From the NCBI GenBank assembly GCA_963833985.1, contig CAWIAD010000002.1:128001-192000 (forward strand): a stretch of 64,000 bases of DNA. Direction: 5' to 3'. The stretch comes from an uncultured Planctomycetaceae bacterium. Lineage in GTDB: Bacteria; Planctomycetota; Planctomycetia; Isosphaerales; Isosphaeraceae. Below, in pieces: positions 35,092 through 43,562 of the stretch (position 1 is the first letter of the stretch; every line of letters begins with the position of its first letter). A model generated the notes under the pieces. It saw only the letters and a list, made by a program, of their open reading frames with translations, searched no databases and was not told the origin of the DNA. The position numbers and the translations under genes are program-made.

Positions 35092-35796
35092 TCAGCGCGC
35101 GTTGTTGCGGCCGCGCTGCAAGGTGAGCTCGTCCGGCGTGCGGCCCAGGACGATCTCGAACCGCGCGGCGAGCTCGCCGGTCTTCGTGTTTGGCACGGGC
35201 TTGAAGTCGATCATCAGGAGCTCGCGCTCGAACAATCCTCCGGCCGACTGCGCCACGCCGTCGATGGCGTTGCCCGGGTGCCCGGCGATCATGATCTGCG
35301 TGGTCAGGAGCTCGCGGCCGCCCTTCTTCACCTTGACGTGAATGTGCGGCGCGGGGCGTCCGGGATAGGGAACCGGCTTGATCGTCCGGAAGTAATACTC
35401 TCCCCTGGACCCGGTGGTGAAGCGTCCGAATCCCTGGAAGTTTCGGTCCTGCTGATCCCTCTTGTTCGCACTATCGCCCGTGTGCAGGTAAACCTGGTTG
35501 GCGTCGCACTGCCAGATCTCGACCGTGGCGTCCCGCACCGGGCTGCCGCTGGTGCTGATCACACGGCCGGTCAGATGGGTGATCTCGCCCACGGCCGGCG
35601 TGATGCCGTCGTTCACAATGATCAGATCGTTGTCCGTGTCCAGCGGCAGCTTGTCGGGATAGAACGGCCCCTCGGTCATCTCGGGCGTGCGCGCGAACTC
35701 CTCCGCGAAAAGCCCGCGTGTCGTGAAGAAAGCCCCGCCGGCAGCCAGCGTTCCCAGAAACAGGCGACGACTTGCCCGAGGATTGTTGAGTGACAT
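35092..35796 (-). CDS. Intradiol ring-cleavage dioxygenase family protein, Tat-exported
   Basis: SRRLFL; EGPFYP, VEIWQCDA..YLH, FRTIKPVPYPGRPAPHIHVKV. Confidence 0.88.
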   Translation of the reverse strand: MSLNNPRASRRLFLGTLAAGGAFFTTRGLFAEEFARTPEMTEGPFYPDKLPLDTDNDLIIVNDGITPAVGEITHLTGRVISTSGSPVRDATVEIWQCDANQVYLHTGDSANKRDQQDRNFQGFGRFTTGSRGEYYFRTIKPVPYPGRPAPHIHVKVKKGGRELLTTQIMIAGHPGNAIDGVAQSAGGLFERELLMIDFKPVPNTKTGELAARFEIVLGRTPDELTLQRGRNNAR

Positions 35797-35897
35797 GGAA
35801 CGGCCCTCTGGAAATGGAGTCAGAAGAGTGAGATCACGAAAAAAGGAATCCGTCGACTGGAATCAGAATACTCTACGGATCGACGAGGACGCGCTCC

Positions 35898-35912
35898 GTA
35901 AAAGTCTGTAAA
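35898..35912. promoter_or_regulatory. GTAAA-N5-GTAAA direct repeat, candidate OmpR-family (CpxR-like) binding site
   Basis: gtaaa-agtct-gtaaa, about 100 bp upstream of the dioxygenase/EF-hand genes. Confidence 0.4.
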
Positions 35913-36028
35913 CGGCCCCCACATGCGATCCAGAGACTTCGGTTGACTTGCAGAACCCGCGCAGGTCAGGTATGAAACAGCGAGCCGGAATCGCGTTCGA
36001 CTGCCCTGAGGGAAGGAGAAGCCGTCCC

Positions 36029-36634
36029 ATGTCCGCAGCCCAGCTTCGTGTCGGCCCCGGTGACCGCGGACGCAGGATGTCGCTGGAACAATTCCGCGCA
36101 GCCGACGAAGAAGAAGGCTATCGGTACGAGCTGTCAGAGGGACTACTCGAAGTAACGGAAGTCCCGGGACCGACCCATCGACGTGTCGTGGGGAATCTCT
36201 ATCGAGCCATCGCTCGTTACGATCAGGAGCACCCGGGCTGCATCGAAACTTACGGAGGCGGGTCAGAATTTCGACTCTGGGTTCCCGCGCGATCCTCGGG
36301 CCGAAATCCCGACCTGGGCGTCGTCCTGGAAGAAACGCTCCCCGATGCTCGAGGGCGAACTCAGCCGACCCTGGTCGGCGAGGTGGTTTCAGAAAGCAGC
36401 CGTGTCCGCGACTACGAAACGAAACGCCAGGAATACCTGCTGTATGGCATCGAGGAATACTGGATCGTCGATCCGCGGCTCCGCCAGGTCACCGTGTTGA
36501 TCAGGGAGGACAACGATTGGACCGGACAGGTCGTCCGCGACGAAGAGACGATCCCCAGCCGCCTCCTCCCTGGCCTCAAAACCCCCGTCGCCGAATCATG
36601 GAAGGGCATCGCACCTGAGGACACGGAAGAGTAA
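36029..36634 (+). CDS. Uma2 family endonuclease (paralog of 15344-15973)
   Basis: GYRYELSEGLLEVTEVP, YGGGSEFR, SGRNPDLGVVL, DYETKRQEYLLYGIEEYWIVDP. Confidence 0.9.
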   Translation: MSAAQLRVGPGDRGRRMSLEQFRAADEEEGYRYELSEGLLEVTEVPGPTHRRVVGNLYRAIARYDQEHPGCIETYGGGSEFRLWVPARSSGRNPDLGVVLEETLPDARGRTQPTLVGEVVSESSRVRDYETKRQEYLLYGIEEYWIVDPRLRQVTVLIREDNDWTGQVVRDEETIPSRLLPGLKTPVAESWKGIAPEDTEE

Positions 36635-36755
36635 GTCACACCGGTTCGCGCCGCCCGAGCAGCAGCACCAGGTCAATCGCGCGGTTTCCAGGGTGGTACT
36701 CCAGTTCGCTCATCTCGTAAATCTGAACCACACCGAGAAAAAACTCGGGCCACCA

Positions 36756-36806
36756 TTGACAACTGTCCGAAACCTGCGAATACTGTATTAGTGACGTAGC
36801 ACAGTA
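36756..36806 (+). promoter_or_regulatory. Sigma-70 promoter overlapped by a YtrA-type operator
   Basis: TTGACA (36756)-17 nt-AATACT. Inverted repeat TACTGT-N14-ACAGTA (36781-36806) lies just before the AGGAGG RBS. Confidence 0.65.
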
Positions 36807-36816
36807 GGAGGGCGTG

Positions 36817-37230
36817 ATGATCCTTCTTGACGTGAACGCGGCGGACAGCCGGCCGATCTACGGCCAGATTGCCGACCGGGTGAAGTTCGCGATCGCCGCG
36901 GGAGTGTTGCGGCCGGGGGACCTGGTGCCTTCGGTACGCGAACTCTCCAGGCAACTGGTGGTGAACCCCAACACGGTGGCCCGGGCGTACAGGGAGCTTC
37001 AGAACGAGGGGCTGGTCGAGCCGGTGCGGGGAACCGGGTTGCAGGTCGCCGAGGACGCTGTGGAGAAATGCCGCCAGGCACGCAGTGAGTTCGTCCGCCA
37101 GCGCATCCGCGTGGCCTTCGACGAGGCGCGGCGGACCGAGCTGAACCTGGCCGAGATCGAGGCGATCCTGCACGAAGAGTGGGCCAAGAGCAACGGCGCC
37201 GCATCCCAGGCGGCGGGGAGGAACATGTGA
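36817..37230 (+). CDS. GntR family (YtrA subfamily) transcriptional regulator
   Basis: PIYGQI, LRPGDLVPSVRELS..LVVNPNTVARAYRELQNEG...RGTG; short C-terminal domain; precedes ABC genes. Confidence 0.92.
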   Translation: MILLDVNAADSRPIYGQIADRVKFAIAAGVLRPGDLVPSVRELSRQLVVNPNTVARAYRELQNEGLVEPVRGTGLQVAEDAVEKCRQARSEFVRQRIRVAFDEARRTELNLAEIEAILHEEWAKSNGAASQAAGRNM

Positions 37231-38195
37231 TGATGAGCCAGGCGAAGCCCGCGATCCGGACCGACAACCTGACCAAGCACTATCGCGGTCAGGTCGCTCT
37301 CGACGGGCTGTCTATCGAAGTGCCCGAAGGCTCTGTCTTCGGCCTGCTGGGTGAGAACGGCGCGGGCAAGACCACGACGCTGCAAATGCTCCTGGGATTG
37401 ACCGCACCCGACGCCGGTTCGGCGCAGGTTCTTGGGCTTGATCCGGTGCGCCACGGGATCGACATCCGCCGTCGGGTGGGTTACGTGCCCGAGCAACCGG
37501 CACTCTACGACTGGATGACCGTGAGCGAGATCGGCTGGTTCGCAGCTGGCTTCCATCCCGATGCGCGCACCGGCACGGGCGGATACCAGACCCGCTACAC
37601 GGAGCTGATCGACGGTTATGCGCTTCCCCCCAAACGCAAGATCAAGCAGCTTTCCAAGGGCATGCGGGCCAAGGTCTCGCTCGCCCTGGCCCTGGCGGGC
37701 GACCCGCAATTGCTGGTGCTCGATGAGCCGACGTCGGGCCTCGATGCCATGGTGCGCCGGGAGTTTCTGGAAAGCATGGTCGACCTGGCGAGCAACGGAC
37801 GCACGGTGCTGCTTTCAAGCCATCAGATCGGCGAGGTCGAACGCGTGGCCAGCCACGTCGCGCTCTTGCACCAGGGACGCCTGATCCTGGCCGAGCCGCT
37901 CGACGAGCTGAAGGCCCGGACGTTTCTGCTGGCGATCACGTTCACCAGTCGCGACCACCCCGTGGCGCCGCCCGCGAACCTGCCGGTCGAGCTGATCGAC
38001 GCGGCGGATGCACCAAGGCAGGCGCACTGGCTGGTCCGCGCCCGCGACCGCGCGGCCGCCGAGGCCGTTCGCGGCTTGCCGGGTGTCGAATCGCTGCAAG
38101 TCGAGACACCTAGCCTCGAAGACATTTATATCGGTTACATGCGTGGCCGCCGGCCTCAGCCATCGCCGCCCGCGCCGGCGGCGAACGTGGCCTGA
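37230..38195 (+). CDS. ABC transporter ATP-binding protein (YtrB-like)
   Basis: GENGAGKTT, LSKGMRAK, LVLDEPTSGLD, SSH. Confidence 0.93.
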   Translation: MMSQAKPAIRTDNLTKHYRGQVALDGLSIEVPEGSVFGLLGENGAGKTTTLQMLLGLTAPDAGSAQVLGLDPVRHGIDIRRRVGYVPEQPALYDWMTVSEIGWFAAGFHPDARTGTGGYQTRYTELIDGYALPPKRKIKQLSKGMRAKVSLALALAGDPQLLVLDEPTSGLDAMVRREFLESMVDLASNGRTVLLSSHQIGEVERVASHVALLHQGRLILAEPLDELKARTFLLAITFTSRDHPVAPPANLPVELIDAADAPRQAHWLVRARDRAAAEAVRGLPGVESLQVETPSLEDIYIGYMRGRRPQPSPPAPAANVA

Positions 38196-38250
38196 CGGTT
38201 GTTATCCCGCACACCTCCGTTCACAGTCACTGGCTTGGAGACCGACTCAA

Positions 38251-41082
38251 ATGCTTGCCCGGTTATGGTGGAAGGACGCCCGCCAGTTCTGGCCGATCTG
38301 GGTGATGCTCGTGGCGTTCGCCTCTGTGGAGCAGTGGCTGGTGCTCCACTACTTCGGTGATCGAGTGCGCCACGGCGAACTTCTCATCGCGGCGCTGGGC
38401 TGGACTTGCCTTTATGGCTTCGCGGTCGCCGCGGCCGCGTTCGCGGGCGAGCGCGAGAGCCGCACGCTGGTCCTGCTCGACGCGCTGCCGGTGGAGCGCT
38501 GGCGGCTCTGGATCAGCAAGGTCTCGTTCGCGTTCGTTTCGACGTTCGCGCTGGGTTTGTTGTTGTTCGTAGTCGCCGTGACGCTCGGCGACAACTGGGT
38601 GGTCACGACCCAGTGGTGGTGGGAATTTGAACCGCCGTGGCAGGGCATCCTGGCGGGGGTCGCGGTCCTGTTCTTGGTGCTTGGCTGTGGGTTGTTCTGG
38701 TCGGTAATCTTCAGCAATGCGATGGTCGCCGCATTATTCGCCGTGTTCAGCGCCCTGGCACTTGTCCCGGTCTTCGACGCCGGATTGCGATTCAACTTCT
38801 GGCTCAATGCTCCTAAGCTGCACGCACCAGCGCTGGGCGTGCTGGGCGTGGTCGCGTCGCTCGTGCTGTTCCTCCGGTCGGGTCCACCGGCGCGGCCACT
38901 GATCGCGCGAAAACCTCAGCGCCCGAGAGTTCGGCCGGCTCCGGCGCTCGCGACCGTGCCGACGGCAGAGCATGGACAACTTCGCTACTGGCCCACGGCT
39001 CTGCGCAGCCTGACCTGGCAGACCCTGCGCGAAGTGCGGTCCATCTGGAAATGGCTGGCCTTGCTCTGCCTGGTTGCGACACCTTGCGTCTACATCGGGA
39101 CACGCACCCCCGCCGAGAGCTGGATGCTCTGCCTTCTGGCCGCGAACATCATTGCGGGAGTGAGCGTCTTCGGGGTCGAAAACCGCGCGCGGACGCAGGT
39201 CTTCCTGGCCAACGAGGGTGTGCAGCCGTTCCTGGTCTGGCTGGTCAAGGTCTTGATCTGGTTCGGGGCCATGCTCGTTCTCTGGATTCTCACATTCCTC
39301 GTTGCTCTCGTACTCGCCGCGATCTGGGGTCCGATGAGTTTCGGACCTGCGCCCGGAATGGCCGATCTCCTCATCCCGCTTGGCGGACTGCTCTCCACCC
39401 TTGCGATCCCGGTCCTGTGCGGCATGGTGGTCAGGCGCGCAATCACGGCGGGAACGGTGGCCGTGCTGGTCCTGCTGCTTGCGCTGCTGCCTCTCGCGGG
39501 GCTCTACGCGCTGAAGATGCTCCCCAGCCTGTTCTGGATCCTCGTTCCGCTCACTTTTCTGCTGGTCAGCCTGGGCTGGAGCCACGAGTGGCTGCTCGAT
39601 CGGACGGGTATCCGGCGATGGGTCAAGCTCGCCTTCCTGATCGTCGGCTGGTTCGGGGCGCTGTTCGCGGCCTACATCACCACCCGTGTACAGGGTGTTC
39701 CCACCCTCGATCCTGCGCTTGAAGCACACATTTTCCCATTCACCTCGCCGCGCATCCCGGCGGCCGAGAACGCCGCGGAACTCTATCGCGAGGCCGCGAA
39801 ATCGCTCTCGCCCATGCCGGAGGGAGTGTTCAAGAGGTTCACCGCGTGGGAGCGTCCCGTGGCTGGAGATAACGAGATCTGGCTTCTCGTGAACACCCGG
39901 TCGCTTCAGTTGATCCGCCGTGCCGCGATGATGCCTGCCTGCCAGTTCACGCCGCTGGAGCAGCTTACGATCTTCTCCCCGGACTACTTCCCAAGTAGCG
40001 GACCTCACGGGACTCTATCACTTTTTCTTCTTCTCACCCGATCGGTCCTCGACCACGAGGCCAGGGGTGACCTGGATAGCGCGTGGAACGATCTTCTGAT
40101 CATGTTCCGGATCGCCCGACACTGGTCCGGCGCGGCGCCGATTCATCACGCCTTCTCAGGTCTGTATGTCGAGCGTATGGCCCTGAACCAGGCCATGCTC
40201 TGGGCGGCTGATCCGAAACAAACCTCCGAGCGGCTGCGTTCCGCGCTCGATGCCTATCGCAGCCTGCCGCCGATGCCCGATGCCGCCGAGGCGATCCGCG
40301 CCGAGGCCCAGATCATCCGGAATACGGAGAAGCTGCCCCGGTCGGAGCTGAGGGGAAAAATCTTCGATCGGAAGGCCCTTGAGGTCAGCGGCCGCTCCGA
40401 CCTTTGGATGTCGAAGCTCTGGGTCGATGTGGTGACCACGCCCTGGGAGCTGACACGAACGAGCAGGGCTCTGAGGTTGGTGCTCGCCTCAAAGATCCTG
40501 GCCGCGGACACTGATCCAGGGTTCGCCGATCCTCGAACCTTCGATCCGGCCAGAGGAGCTCCGCCCGTACTGACCACGGGCTATCCAGGGAAGTTTCTCG
40601 CCTTCGAATTCCTCCACGAGATCGAGGAGAGCACGCCGCTGGTTCGGCTTGCTCTGCCAGCCATCGACGGCTATCTGGACTACGTAGATCACAACACGGT
40701 TCAGCGGCGGGCCCTCGTGCAGATCCTCGCACTACGCCTCTGGCAGGTCCAGCATGATGGCCGTCTGCCCGAGAAGCTCCAGGAACTGGTGACCTCGGGC
40801 TTGCTCGGCGAGCTGCCCGCCGACCCCTACGCGCGAGGACGCCAGTTCCATTACGTGCGTTCGTCCGGCCAGCAACTGCTTGCTCTCGGGGAACCTGGAC
40901 CCATCCAGCAGAGCACCCATATCAATAGGCTTCGATCGACATCCGGCTCATGGCTCCTCTACAGCATCGGGCCCGACAGGCAAGACGACGGCGCTTTCAC
41001 GAACGAGCTGAATACGGGGAAGGGCGACATTGTCTTCCCGCTGCCGGAGAAATTGAACCCGGAGACGAAGCCAAATCCGTGA
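38251..41082 (+). CDS. Large ABC-2-type permease (two TM blocks) with an extracytoplasmic C-terminal domain
   Basis: RLWWKDARQ, FAGERESRTLVLLDALP; second block LTWQTLRE, FGVENRART; C-terminal LPADPY...LLYSIGPDRQDDG. Confidence 0.8.
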   Translation: MLARLWWKDARQFWPIWVMLVAFASVEQWLVLHYFGDRVRHGELLIAALGWTCLYGFAVAAAAFAGERESRTLVLLDALPVERWRLWISKVSFAFVSTFALGLLLFVVAVTLGDNWVVTTQWWWEFEPPWQGILAGVAVLFLVLGCGLFWSVIFSNAMVAALFAVFSALALVPVFDAGLRFNFWLNAPKLHAPALGVLGVVASLVLFLRSGPPARPLIARKPQRPRVRPAPALATVPTAEHGQLRYWPTALRSLTWQTLREVRSIWKWLALLCLVATPCVYIGTRTPAESWMLCLLAANIIAGVSVFGVENRARTQVFLANEGVQPFLVWLVKVLIWFGAMLVLWILTFLVALVLAAIWGPMSFGPAPGMADLLIPLGGLLSTLAIPVLCGMVVRRAITAGTVAVLVLLLALLPLAGLYALKMLPSLFWILVPLTFLLVSLGWSHEWLLDRTGIRRWVKLAFLIVGWFGALFAAYITTRVQGVPTLDPALEAHIFPFTSPRIPAAENAAELYREAAKSLSPMPEGVFKRFTAWERPVAGDNEIWLLVNTRSLQLIRRAAMMPACQFTPLEQLTIFSPDYFPSSGPHGTLSLFLLLTRSVLDHEARGDLDSAWNDLLIMFRIARHWSGAAPIHHAFSGLYVERMALNQAMLWAADPKQTSERLRSALDAYRSLPPMPDAAEAIRAEAQIIRNTEKLPRSELRGKIFDRKALEVSGRSDLWMSKLWVDVVTTPWELTRTSRALRLVLASKILAADTDPGFADPRTFDPARGAPPVLTTGYPGKFLAFEFLHEIEESTPLVRLALPAIDGYLDYVDHNTVQRRALVQILALRLWQVQHDGRLPEKLQELVTSGLLGELPADPYARGRQFHYVRSSGQQLLALGEPGPIQQSTHINRLRSTSGSWLLYSIGPDRQDDGAFTNELNTGKGDIVFPLPEKLNPETKPNP

Positions 41083-41098
41083 GGCGAGTCGCCGCACG

Positions 41099-43024
41099 TC
41101 ACGCGAGGATCAGAGGCGAGCGCTTCTCGGCCGCCTCGTCCATGAACGACTGGGTCCGGGCCACCAGGTCCTCGGGGTCGGGCATGACGCCCTCGAGGAT
41201 CATGGCGTTGGACCAGAGCTGGAGGCCGCACTGCTTGATGAACGCGTCGTGCTGCGCATTGCCGCTCAGGCGGCAGAGCCGGCGAATGAAGGGCGACTGC
41301 GGGTTGATCTCCAGGATCCGGGCCTGCTCGGGGAAGTCCTTGTTCGCCAGCTTCATGAGGCGCTGCATCTGCGTGCTGAATCCGCCCTCGGCGTTCACCA
41401 GGCAGCACGGGCTGTCGGTGAGCCGGTTCGATTCGCGGACCTCGCGCACCCGGTTGCCGATGGCCTCACGAAAGAGATCCAGCACCCGCGAGAAGCCGCT
41501 CTCCGCGCCTTTCGACTCGGAAGGTTCCTCGGTGACGACCGACTTCACGTCCTTCGCCGATCCAGGCAGCTCAAGGTCGTCGGAGTCGATCGAGGTCAGC
41601 GTCTTGCCGTTGTAGGAGTGCAGGGCGTTCATCACGAACTCATCGATCGGCTCGGTGAGGTAAATGACCTCGAGCCCCCGCCGCCGGAAGATCTCCAGGT
41701 TGGGGCTCTTCTTCATCGAGGCCAGGTCCGGACCGCCCAGGTAATAGATGCGCTTCTGGTCCTCGGGCATGCGGCCGATGTAGTCGTCGAGCGAGACCCT
41801 GGCCTCGGCATCCTCGGACAAGGACGAGGGGAACCGCAAGAGTCTGGCGATCCGCTCGCGGTTGCTGCCGTCTGTGATGGCGCCTTCCTTCAGAAGCTGC
41901 CCGAACTGCGTGGAGAACGTCTTGAAGTCATCGGGCTGCTCGGTGGCAAGCTTGTCCAGCCGGTCCAGCACACCCTTGATCAGCGAGGTGCGGATGCGGC
42001 GGATGACCGTGTTGTCCTGGAGTGTCTCGCGTGAGACGTTCAGCGGCAGGTCCTCGGAATCCACCAGTCCGCGGAGGAACCGCAGGTAATCGGGCAGCAG
42101 CTCGCGGCAATCGCTCTGCACCAGAATGCGCCGGGCACACAGGCTGACGCCGTGCTCCAGCCGGCCGAAGCCATAACGCTCCAGGTTCGTGGGCGGGCAG
42201 AAGAGAACCGCGTGGAACTGGATGGGCGAATCGACCGACAGATGCAGATGCCAGAGCGGCTTCTCTTCGCCATGATGCGTGAGATGCTGGTAAAACTGGG
42301 TATACTGCTCGTCGGTCACCTGGTTTCTGGGCTCGACCCAGATGGCTTTCTGATCGTTCAGGACCTCGCCGGAAGACAGCTTGATCGGGTGTGGGACGAA
42401 GCTGGAATAACGCCTGATGATCTCCTTGATGCGTCCCTGAGTGGCAAGGTCCTTGCAATCCTCTTTCAGGTGCAGGACGATCTCGGTACCGCGGGGCAGG
42501 GGGCCGTCCGCCGGCGCGACCGTGAAGCTGCCCGTGCCGTCGGACTCCCAGACCCAGCCGGTCTCCTCGCGATAGCTGCGGCTCCGCACCTGGACCCGAT
42601 CGGCCACCATGAACGCTGAGTAAAAGCCGACCCCGAACTGTCCGATGAGCGACAGGTCGGCCTGCTTCCGGGCGTCGCCCGCGAGGGTCTTGAGGAACTC
42701 GCCCGAGCCGCTATGAGCGATGGTGCCGAGGTTGGTCACCAGCTCGTCGTGAGTCATGCCGATGCCGGAATCACGGATCCGCAGCTCCCGCTCGGACTCG
42801 CGCGGCTCGATCACAATCTCGAGCGCTCCGGGCTCGCGATACGCCTCCTCGGTGAGTGCGACATAACGCATCTTGTCGAGCGCATCGGACGCATTCGAGA
42901 CGAGCTCGCGGATGGCGATCTCGCGGCTCTGGTAGAGCGAGTGCGAGAGCAGGTGAAGCAGTTGCTTGATCTCTGCCTGGAAGGTGAACTTCTGAGATTC
43001 TGCGGCGGTGGTCGTCATGCTCAT
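41099..43024 (-). CDS. htpG: Molecular chaperone HtpG (Hsp90)
   Basis: FQAEIKQLL, IRELVSNASDALDK, NLGTIAHSG, LIGQFGVGFYSAF, LPLNVSRE, ILEINP. Confidence 0.97.
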   Translation of the reverse strand: MSMTTTAAESQKFTFQAEIKQLLHLLSHSLYQSREIAIRELVSNASDALDKMRYVALTEEAYREPGALEIVIEPRESERELRIRDSGIGMTHDELVTNLGTIAHSGSGEFLKTLAGDARKQADLSLIGQFGVGFYSAFMVADRVQVRSRSYREETGWVWESDGTGSFTVAPADGPLPRGTEIVLHLKEDCKDLATQGRIKEIIRRYSSFVPHPIKLSSGEVLNDQKAIWVEPRNQVTDEQYTQFYQHLTHHGEEKPLWHLHLSVDSPIQFHAVLFCPPTNLERYGFGRLEHGVSLCARRILVQSDCRELLPDYLRFLRGLVDSEDLPLNVSRETLQDNTVIRRIRTSLIKGVLDRLDKLATEQPDDFKTFSTQFGQLLKEGAITDGSNRERIARLLRFPSSLSEDAEARVSLDDYIGRMPEDQKRIYYLGGPDLASMKKSPNLEIFRRRGLEVIYLTEPIDEFVMNALHSYNGKTLTSIDSDDLELPGSAKDVKSVVTEEPSESKGAESGFSRVLDLFREAIGNRVREVRESNRLTDSPCCLVNAEGGFSTQMQRLMKLANKDFPEQARILEINPQSPFIRRLCRLSGNAQHDAFIKQCGLQLWSNAMILEGVMPDPEDLVARTQSFMDEAAEKRSPLILA

Positions 43025-43104
43025 CGTGACTCTGAGGGTTGCCGGTACGAGCACCGATCTTGAGGTGGCTCATTTCCAAATACTACGGTGATGCGACCAG
43101 CAAG

Positions 43105-43121
43105 TGCAAGCCTTGTACCAA
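43105..43121 (-). promoter_or_regulatory. Putative sigma-54 (-24/-12) promoter for htpG
   Basis: Minus strand TTGGTACAAGGCTTGCA is GG-N10-GC, one mismatch from TGGCAC-N5-TTGC, about 80 bp upstream of the start codon. Confidence 0.55.
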
Positions 43122-43562
43122 CCTGAAGACGAATCACAACGCATTGAGCTCAAGCAGGTTGCGGCATTATCGGACGACTTTTTGGGCTTCTCGAGGTGTC
43201 GGAATTGGCACCGGCCTGACAAATTGGCACAGTGGTTGGCGATCCAGGCCGCGTAGTAGACTCTGGCTTTCAGCTTGCGATGCGAGCCAATCGCGAGCAC
43301 GGGATCGGTTCAGGAAGGCGATGATGCCCAAGACATTTGATGCCGCCACCAAGGAGCTGCTCGAGAGCGATCCACGCGCCTGGCTCCAGTGGCTGCTGGG
43401 TCGTGAGCTTGCTGACGTCCGGACGCTGAACGTGGATCTCTCGACGGTGACCACCGAGGCGGATTCCGTGCTGCTGGTCCAGGACTCCGAGCCCTGGGTG
43501 GTTCATCTCGAGTTTCAATCCGGATACGATCCCGAAATACCCAGACGGCTCTTGCGCTATAA

